From: Planctomycetaceae bacterium
Lineage (GTDB): Bacteria > Planctomycetota > Planctomycetia > Pirellulales > Pirellulaceae
Length of the DNA: 13,242 nt
Assembly: GCA_007133715.1 (NCBI GenBank)
Contig: SLMF01000032.1
Coordinates: forward strand, 1-13,242
Direction: 5' to 3'
The position numbers and the translations under genes were made by a program. Position 1 is the stretch's first letter. Every line of letters begins with the position of its first letter. Positions 7,812 through 13,242 of the stretch are shown here, one piece after another. The notes beneath the pieces are model-generated. The model saw only the letters and a list, made by a program, of their open reading frames with translations. It was not told where the DNA came from and made no database searches.

Positions 7812-9302
7812 ATGCGAACGAAAGGAATCGTCTGCGGACTTGCGCTGGTGATCTCCCTCCTTGGAGCGGGTCGCGTACTGGCGAGCGAGTCAGAGAGAAA
7901 CGTCGCGACGGCGGTTCCCGCCATCTCGATTCAGACTAGCGTGCTGGCGGAGATCAACGTAGGCACGAAGACCCAGGTGGCGATTATCGTCAAAAATAGT
8001 GGTCAGTCGGTGGCGGAAGGGGTCTCGATCCAGACGCAGCTGCCGGACAGTGTCACGTATCAGGGCGCGGTACCGGCGCCGAGCATGAGTTCGGACCGGA
8101 TGATCCAATTCGAGATCGGCGATTTGGCGGCGGGTTCCGAGCATCGGATCGTGATCGATTTGATACCGGAGCGACCGGGTCCGGTGGATTTGGAGACGCG
8201 TGCCTTTTTTGCCGCGTCGACCAAATCGGCGATGCAAATCCGTCGGCCGGAGGTGATGATCGAATCGCGCGCACCGGAAACGGTGGTGGTGGGCGAGGAG
8301 GTTGAATTTCAAGTCGTGTTGAAGAATGTGGGCGATGGAGTCGCCCGCGACGTCGTGCTGACTCCCGACTTTCCTTCCGCAGCCGCTTCCGCATCGCGAA
8401 CCGCGCCCGAGACCACCAGTCTGAGTGGCAGCGAGTCGCAGGAATACCGTTTTACCGCGCGGGCCACGGAGGGAGAATGGCTGGTGGGCCAGTTCGTTGC
8501 GGTGACGGCCGATGGGCGTCAGGTGGAGAGCGAGAGCCGCGTCCGCATTCTACATCCGGCCTTGCAGGTGCAACTAAATGGACCCCGAGGGGGGTTTGTG
8601 AATCAAGAGGGCGAGTACGAAATCGTGGTTTCGAACCCCGGTGACACGACCATCGAGCAGGGTGCGGTCACGCTGCGTGTTCCCGAGGGTCTGCGGGTCA
8701 CCGCGATTTCCGACCAGGCGCACTTGGAAGACAACCATCGCAAACTGGTCTGGTGTTTGGAACCGCTCGCACCGGGCAAATCCCGCTCGCTGATGGTGAA
8801 GGCCGTGGCGGGGCAGGTCGGACCGCACCGGCAGACGGTGGTGGCCGAGGGCACTCCGCAGTTGGTCGCCCGCGACGAGCATTTGACGCTGGTCTTCTCG
8901 CGAGCCAATGTCGACTTGTCGGTCACCAATCGCAGCGAGGCCAATGAAGTGGGGGCGGCGGAGACATTCACGGTCCGCGTCAAGAACCACGGCTCGCGGG
9001 TGGCGGAGCAGGTGTCCGTCCAGGTAGTTCTGCCGGATGCCATGGTGCCGTTGGAATCGTCGGAGTATGCTCAGGATGGTCAGCGGATCAGTTTCCCGGC
9101 CCTGCAATTGAAGCCGGGGCAAGAGGGGCAGCTGGAGTTCCAGGCGACGGGTGTCACGGCGGGCGATTTTGCCGTCCGCGCCCGTTTGGAGAGCGATTTC
9201 AGCCGCACTCCGATCGTGGCGGAAACCACGGTCTATTTCTTTGACCAAGAGGAACTCGAACGTTTGGCGAGCGAAGTGGACGATTCGGTCCGTTTACGCT
9301 GA
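7812..9302 (+). CDS. Secreted cell-surface protein with four DUF11 (conserved repeat domain) Ig-like repeats, 496 aa
   Basis: Signal peptide MRTKGIVCGLALVISLLGAGRVLA/SE. Four repeats of about 110 aa each carry the DUF11 hallmark hxhxVxNxGxxxAxxVxhxxxLP: VAIIVKNSGQSVAEGVSIQTQLPDSV, VEFQVVLKNVGDGVARDVVLTPDFP, YEIVVSNPGDTTIEQGAVTLRVPEGL and FTVRVKNHGSRVAEQVSVQVVLPDAM. GAAGGGA lies 8-14 nt upstream of ATG 7812. Confidence 0.8.
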   Translation: MRTKGIVCGLALVISLLGAGRVLASESERNVATAVPAISIQTSVLAEINVGTKTQVAIIVKNSGQSVAEGVSIQTQLPDSVTYQGAVPAPSMSSDRMIQFEIGDLAAGSEHRIVIDLIPERPGPVDLETRAFFAASTKSAMQIRRPEVMIESRAPETVVVGEEVEFQVVLKNVGDGVARDVVLTPDFPSAAASASRTAPETTSLSGSESQEYRFTARATEGEWLVGQFVAVTADGRQVESESRVRILHPALQVQLNGPRGGFVNQEGEYEIVVSNPGDTTIEQGAVTLRVPEGLRVTAISDQAHLEDNHRKLVWCLEPLAPGKSRSLMVKAVAGQVGPHRQTVVAEGTPQLVARDEHLTLVFSRANVDLSVTNRSEANEVGAAETFTVRVKNHGSRVAEQVSVQVVLPDAMVPLESSEYAQDGQRISFPALQLKPGQEGQLEFQATGVTAGDFAVRARLESDFSRTPIVAETTVYFFDQEELERLASEVDDSVRLR

Positions 9303-9350
9303 GCTGAGTGTGTCGAATATCGCTACCGTCGCGATGTGCCCCGAAGCCTC

Positions 9351-9393
9351 CGCGATTGACTCCCCGGCTTTCCGGCAGGAACCGTCAATCGCG
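9351..9393. repeat. Inverted repeat CGCGATTGAC ... GTCAATCGCG (10-bp arms, 23-nt spacer containing an inner CCGG-CTTT-CCGG hairpin)
   Basis: Arms at 9351-9360 and 9384-9393 are exact reverse complements. A related perfect 10-bp palindrome CATCGCGATG lies at 9404-9413. Confidence 0.7.
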
Positions 9394-9490
9394 GGGGCTT
9401 TCGCATCGCGATGTTTGACCAGAATCATGCACGCTTGCCGAAAGCTCTCGATCCAGCGATCCGGCTGCGCACCGCGATCACCACCGCCGT

Positions 9491-9540
9491 AAACGCGGCT
9501 TCCAGCCGCGTTGCTGTAGACGCGGCTTCCAGCCGCGTTA
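9491..9540. repeat. Two tandem copies (27-bp period) of a GC-rich hairpin unit ACGCGGCT-TCC-AGCCGCGT (REP-like palindromic unit)
   Basis: Copy 1 at 9492-9512 is aacgcggct tcc agccgcgtt. Copy 2 at 9520-9538 is acgcggct tcc agccgcgt. The first copy is followed by GCTG, the second by TAAATTCTT. Confidence 0.75.
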
Positions 9541-9556
9541 AATTCTTAGGGTGTCA

Positions 9557-9579
9557 GATGCGCGCTTTTCGCGCGCATC
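9557..9579. repeat. Perfect hairpin GATGCGCGC-TTTTC-GCGCGCATC (9-bp GC stem)
   Basis: 9557-9565 and 9571-9579 are reverse complements. It could be a bidirectional terminator-like structure between the convergent DUF11 and DegT genes, but there is no clear U-tract. Confidence 0.6.
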
Positions 9580-9639
9580 ATCCAGTCGCCCTCATCCAGT
9601 CGCCCTCATCCAGTCGCCCTCATCCAGTCGCCCTCATCC
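9578..9639. repeat. Tandem repeat, 14-bp unit TCATCCAGTCGCCC x4.4, followed by a GAGCAC x2.7 micro-repeat (9648-9664)
   Basis: Exact copies at 9578-9591, 9592-9605, 9606-9619 and 9620-9633, then a partial copy TCATCC. The unit is not a multiple of 3 and there are no unique spacers, so it is not CRISPR. Confidence 0.85.
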
Positions 9640-9815
9640 TCGAACGCGAGGAGCACGAGCACGAGCGGAGCCTTTTTTGGTTGGGGCACAGCCGCGTTAA
9701 CAGGAGAGCGGCAAGATGCCGCTTCTACCGGTTGCCGTTCCGTCTTTCAGCGACGATGCCGAACGGCTCTCGTTTTCCCCGAATTGGGTCCCCCGTTTTC
9801 GCCGTGCGCGGGCCG

Positions 9816-11006
9816 TCAGGCCGCTTGGCGGTTGTGGCGGACTACCTCGCCGATCGCTTGCACCACGCGCTGCAATTCGACATCGGCCAGTTCCGGAAAG
9901 ATCGGCAGACTGAGCACCTCGCGGGCCGCTCGCTCGGTCTCCGGAAGACTGCCCGGTCCATAGCCCAAGGGGCGGAAGCATTCCTGCTGGTGCAAGCCCA
10001 GCGGGTAATAGATTTCCGTACCGATCTGCTGGTCCGCCAATTGCCCCCGCAGGGTATCCCGCAAACCGTGCGGCACGCGGACGGTGAATTGGTTCCAGAC
10101 GTGAAAGCGATCGGGAACTTCGTATGGCAGCTGCACCCAGTCCGCCAAGCCGGCTTGAGAAAACAGCTGGTGGTACCGTGCCGCATTGGCGCGCCGCTGT
10201 TCACACCATCTTCCCAGTTGCGTGATTTTGACATTCAACACGGCGGCCTGGAGGGAATCCAAGCGGCTGTTGATACCGACCGTGTGGTGGTAGTAGCGGA
10301 TTTGCATGCCGTGGGCGGACAATTGCCGCAGTTTGTCGGCCAGCGATGGGCGTTGGGTGGTCAGCATGCCTCCGTCGCCGAAGCCGCCCAGATTCTTGGT
10401 GGGATAGAAGCTGAAGCAGCCGATATCGCCCATCGATCCTGCGGGCTGTCCTTGGAATTCGGCTCCGATCGCTTGGGCCACGTCTTCGATCACGGCCACC
10501 CCGTGGCGTCGGGCGATCGCCTGAATGGCATCCATTTGGGCACATTGGCCGAACAAATGGACCACCAGAATGGCTTTGGTCGCTGGCGTGATGGCCGCTT
10601 CGATCTGGGCCGGGTCGATGTTGAACGTGTCCGCTTCGATATCGGCGAACACGATGCGTGCCCCCAGCCGCCAGATGCAGCTGGCCGTCGCAAAGAACGT
10701 GAAGCTGGGCGTAATCACCTCGTCGCCCGGTTTGATATCCAGCGCCATCAGGGCCAGCAGCAGGGCATCGCTGCCGGAGGCGCAGCCGACGGCGTGCTGG
10801 GTCTGGCAGATCGCGGCCACCGACTGTTCCAGTTGCTGGACATCGGGGCCGTAGAGGAATCGACCCGAATCACAAACCCCTCGGATCGCCGCCAGGATTT
10901 CTTCACGTAGCGGCTGGTTTCCACGCTGGACGTCCAGCAGGGGCACCGCTTCCGGGGGCGAATCCGGATTGGAGGAGGAGGGGAGGTTCGAGGGGGCGGT
11001 CTTCAT
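9816..11006 (-). CDS. DegT/DnrJ/EryC1/StrS-family PLP-dependent sugar aminotransferase (396 aa)
   Basis: The conserved N-terminal block VPLLDVQRGNQPLREEILAAIRGVCDSGRFLYGPDV is present. So are the DALLLALMALDIKPGDEVITPSFTFFAT block and the PLP-lysine region GDIGCFSFYPTKNLGGFGDGGM. AGGAAG lies 8 nt upstream of ATG 11006. The plus ORF 9411..10910 is its antisense shadow. Confidence 0.9.
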   Translation of the reverse strand: MKTAPSNLPSSSNPDSPPEAVPLLDVQRGNQPLREEILAAIRGVCDSGRFLYGPDVQQLEQSVAAICQTQHAVGCASGSDALLLALMALDIKPGDEVITPSFTFFATASCIWRLGARIVFADIEADTFNIDPAQIEAAITPATKAILVVHLFGQCAQMDAIQAIARRHGVAVIEDVAQAIGAEFQGQPAGSMGDIGCFSFYPTKNLGGFGDGGMLTTQRPSLADKLRQLSAHGMQIRYYHHTVGINSRLDSLQAAVLNVKITQLGRWCEQRRANAARYHQLFSQAGLADWVQLPYEVPDRFHVWNQFTVRVPHGLRDTLRGQLADQQIGTEIYYPLGLHQQECFRPLGYGPGSLPETERAAREVLSLPIFPELADVELQRVVQAIGEVVRHNRQAA

Positions 11007-11014
11007 AAGGTTAG

Positions 11015-11020
11015 CTTCCT
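11015..11020 (-). promoter_or_regulatory. Shine-Dalgarno AGGAAG for the DegT-family gene
   Basis: The minus strand reads AGGAAGCTAACCTT ATG. Confidence 0.5.
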
Positions 11021-11574
11021 TGCCTGTGTGCGAACGAATGACCGGGAAACGGTCCCCAAAAAATAAGCAAGGCCCAGATTACGCAACCTGTCGCGGGAGG
11101 TCAAGATCGGCTGGTCCCGTGCGCGTCGCTCGGATACTCGGGGCGAATCAACCGCGAAACACACGAAAAACCTGCGCTGAAGCCGGGATCCCCGCAGAAA
11201 AACCCCTCTTCCGTACTGAAAGGCCACGAGGAACCCGGAGCGCCTCTCTGGTGCAGATGCTGGAAGCGGGCCAGAATGTCGAGCCACGAGTCGCGTTGCC
11301 AAACCTCCTGCCACAGATGGTCCGTGGGATAGCCATGCGGATAGAGTCCGGAGTTTGAAGGCGAATATCTTCTCACGCGGACACGCCCAGCACTCCGGCC
11401 GAACCATCCAGCGCCCGGCACCGGCTGTCCAACACGGTTGGGGCCGTCTGATTGCCGTGCAATTGTTCCAGCCTCCATCACGTGGCCGGTTGCGTCTGTT
11501 GAAGGAACGCCAGGAACACGCCGGGATCGAGATGTAGCTGGCCAGATTCTCGGCGATTTACCTCGGATCGGGAT

Positions 11575-11796
11575 TCAACGAGCCGGTCGGTGCGAAAACA
11601 AGTGGGATTGGGTGGTATCGGACCCGACTTCGACGGGCCGATTTGGATCGCCAAGTAATTGTCGCAGATCTTTCGGGCGGTATGAGCCTGTGCGCTGGTA
11701 CTCTTCGATCATTGCTCTAACCCAATCGGCCGGAGGAAGCTCATGCAGTTTCGCCCGAATTTCCCGTTGGAGATCATCGTCGGTCACAGTAGACAT
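11575..11796 (-). CDS. Small hypothetical protein (73 aa), acidic and helical. Second gene of a lower-GC two-gene module.
   Basis: MSTVTDDDLQREIRAKLHELPPADWVRAMIEEYQRTGSYRPKDLRQLLGDPNRPVEVGSDTTQSHLFSHRPAR. I chose the internal ATG at 11796..11794 rather than the track start at 11880 because a perfect AAGGAGG SD (plus 11805-11811) lies 8 nt upstream. The start overlaps the upstream ORF by 23 nt. Confidence 0.5.
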   Translation of the reverse strand: MSTVTDDDLQREIRAKLHELPPADWVRAMIEEYQRTGSYRPKDLRQLLGDPNRPVEVGSDTTQSHLFSHRPAR

Positions 11797-12328
11797 CGAA
11801 AAAGCCTCCTTCCCCAATGGCTGCATCAAAACTCTTGTGACGTACCCAACGGAATTTTCTGTCGGTGGTGATAGCAGCAATCTCTACAGGACCCCCGCAT
11901 ACGGGGGCGATATGCGAAAACTTCAGCATCTTGATTGTAGTGTAAATCGATGCATGCACCCAGTCAATCGCCTCGCGGATTGGCAAGTCGCGAGGTTGGC
12001 CCAGACACGACGCTTGAACCAAGTCGAGCAGGTCTTTCTCGCTCCCGGTCCACTTGGTCGACTGAAAAATTCGCATGAAGAGGGGCTCGTCGATACCATA
12101 TAATAGCCGGTCTAACAGATTTGGGCAGCCCCAGAATCGGGTGCTTCCGACGGCAAGCGCTTCGATCGGGACTGGAGCGGTAAGGGTCGGAGCGTACCGC
12201 ACCTCAAAAGCGGCGGGCCGACGGTCTTTCATCAAATACCCCCCCAAGCAGAATCCACCGGAGTAATTCTGTGTAATCCGGCTCAGTTCGTCCTCTTCCT
12301 CCGGCGTTCTTGTCGGTTGCCCATACAA
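11774..12328 (-). CDS. Hypothetical protein (184 aa from the TTG start; real start uncertain, and an internal ATG may be used). No family recognised.
   Basis: Amino-acid composition is balanced (K, N, Y, W, M all present): ...FEVRYAPTLTAPVPIEALAVGSTRFWGCPNLLDRLLYGIDEPLFMRIFQSTKWTGSEKDLLDLVQASCLGQPRDLPIREAIDWVHASIYTTIKMLKFSHIAPVCGGPVEIAAITTDRKFRWV... Local GC is about 52-57% against about 65-68% for neighbouring genes. There is no in-frame ATG between the upstream stop (12362-12364) and the TTG at 12328. Confidence 0.45.
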   Translation of the reverse strand: MYGQPTRTPEEEDELSRITQNYSGGFCLGGYLMKDRRPAAFEVRYAPTLTAPVPIEALAVGSTRFWGCPNLLDRLLYGIDEPLFMRIFQSTKWTGSEKDLLDLVQASCLGQPRDLPIREAIDWVHASIYTTIKMLKFSHIAPVCGGPVEIAAITTDRKFRWVRHKSFDAAIGEGGFFDVYCDRR

Positions 12329-12456
12329 GACCCTCTGCGGACAGATAGCATGCGGCGATTGTCATGGTCACAACCTCGGGCTCTTAGTGATGCTAACGGC
12401 CACCACGAGCAGCAAAAAACAGCACAATCGCGGGAGAAGTCAACAGAAACAACGCC

Positions 12457-12494
12457 CCGCAGAAGCACCGTGTTGCTCGGCGGGGCTTCTGCGG
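12457..12494. repeat. Inverted repeat CCGCAGAAGC ... GCTTCTGCGG (10-bp arms, 18-nt loop) in the divergent promoter region
   Basis: Arms at 12457-12466 and 12485-12494 are exact reverse complements. It sits between the minus-strand 184-aa gene and the plus-strand secreted-protein gene. Confidence 0.55.
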
Positions 12495-12588
12495 TACGAG
12501 GGGGAATCGGCCTTGATCTGCGGGGCGGATTTCGTTAGATCCCCGGCAGCTCTTTTCAAGATCTTGAGCCTTTTCGGCGAAAAATTCC

Positions 12589-13242
12589 ATGGCACGACGC
12601 TTTCATTGCTGGTTACTCGGGGTTGCGCTGGCAGCTTTGCCCGCCGCAGTCCGCTCGACCGACGCTTCGGAATCCGCGGTGCGACTGGCCGCGACCGGCG
12701 TGCTGGAAAAACAGGTCGACCCTCGGGGCAGCCAGTACGTTCTGTTGGACGAGCGGGGCGAAGCCTTGTATCACGTGGCGGGTTCCGAGCGGGTGGATTT
12801 GACCCGTTTTGCGGGCCAGCAGGTCGAGGTTGTGGGTACGCTTCGGTCTCGGGGTCGGCCTGCGTTGCAGGAGTTGCAAGCGGATTGGATCGCTCCAGCC
12901 TCCCGCGTAGTTCCCGCCCATTTTGTTGAGATCACGGACGAGAGTTCGGTGCTGGCGGATCCGGCAGCCCGTCCTCTGCCCGACCTGGACGACGACCCCC
13001 CGCCGATGGAGCCAATTCGGCCCGAGGGCCGGTCTCCCGGCGAACTGCCGGTACCGCCGGACTCGCTACGGGCACCTCCCAGTGGTGACTCCCAGACCAC
13101 TGAACGCCGACGTCTGATCTTCGAGGGACCGCGAAACTGGGAACCGGGCCACGAACGCCAGTACCCTCCCCACAGCCAGAGCGTACCTCCCCATTTCGAA
13201 CCTTATGATCGCAGCAGGTCGCCTGCGGCAACTGCCAGTCAC
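12589..13242 (+). CDS. Secreted protein, 5' portion (218 codons), running off the window end. Signal peptide, a small globular segment, then a Pro-rich low-complexity region.
   Basis: I translated frame 12589 by hand: MARRFHCWLLGVALAALPAAVRSTDASESAVRLAATGVLEKQVDPRGSQYVLLDERGEALYHVAGSERVDLTRFAGQQVEVVGTLRSRGRPALQELQADWIAPASRVVPAHFVEITDESSVLADPAARPLPDLDDDPPPMEPIRPEGRSPGELPVPPDSLRAPPSGDSQTTERRRLIFEGPRNWEPGHERQYPPHSQSVPPHFEPYDRSRSPAATASH... The frame has a stop at 12565-12567 and then stays open to the window end. It is absent from the ORF track because it has no stop. Confidence 0.55.
   Translation, partial: MARRFHCWLLGVALAALPAAVRSTDASESAVRLAATGVLEKQVDPRGSQYVLLDERGEALYHVAGSERVDLTRFAGQQVEVVGTLRSRGRPALQELQADWIAPASRVVPAHFVEITDESSVLADPAARPLPDLDDDPPPMEPIRPEGRSPGELPVPPDSLRAPPSGDSQTTERRRLIFEGPRNWEPGHERQYPPHSQSVPPHFEPYDRSRSPAATASH

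Noticed and set aside
7890-9248. Minus-strand ORFs 7890..8312, 8053..8394, 8574..9248 and 8603..9043
   Set aside because: They lie inside or antisense to the DUF11 gene and have R/P/S-rich composition. The plus-strand protein has a signal peptide and regular repeats.
9578-9639. Possible CRISPR array
   Set aside because: The 14-bp units are directly abutting with no spacers, and the unit is too short. It is a simple tandem repeat.
9411-10910. 499-aa plus ORF
   Set aside because: Antisense shadow of the DegT-family aminotransferase. It has no motifs and R/G/Q/H-rich composition. The minus strand carries the PLP-lysine motif.
11101-11481. 126-aa minus ORF (MMEAGTIARQSDGPNRVGQPVPGAGWF...), and 10969..11358 plus
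   Set aside because: W/R/G-rich low-complexity composition with no SD. They are most likely non-coding leader or intergenic sequence.
11438-12103. 221-aa plus ORF, and 12387..12929 plus (180 aa)
   Set aside because: Both are S/R/G/C-rich junk. The first is antisense to the two small minus-strand genes. The second is out of frame with the hand-translated secreted-protein gene, which has a proper signal peptide.

Overview
High-GC (~65%) window with sparse Shine-Dalgarno usage and a DUF11-repeat secreted protein, which suggests a Planctomycetota-like chromosome (inference).

The main feature is a three-gene minus-strand operon:
- an NfeD/YqiJ-like membrane protein, at 7526 down to 6879;
- a 664-aa flotillin/YqiK-like SPFH protein, at 6879 down to 4888;
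- a giant multidomain AAA+ ATPase of the MoxR/AAA_5 clade, with at least 1627 aa in the window, starting at 4883 and running off the window start.

The giant gene is absent from the ORF track because it has no in-window stop. The long plus-strand ORFs 27..2579, 2811..4364 and 4434..4760 are its codon-aligned antisense shadows.

The rest of the window holds:
- a signal-peptide protein with four DUF11 repeats (7812..9302, +);
- a palindrome- and tandem-repeat-dense convergent intergenic region (9303..9815);
- an isolated DegT/DnrJ/EryC1/StrS sugar aminotransferase (11006 down to 9816, -);
- a lower-GC pair of overlapping small hypothetical genes (12328 down to 11575, -);
- a partial secreted proline-rich protein gene that the ORF track misses (12589..>13242, +).

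No rRNA, tRNA, CRISPR array or recognisable transposase was found.
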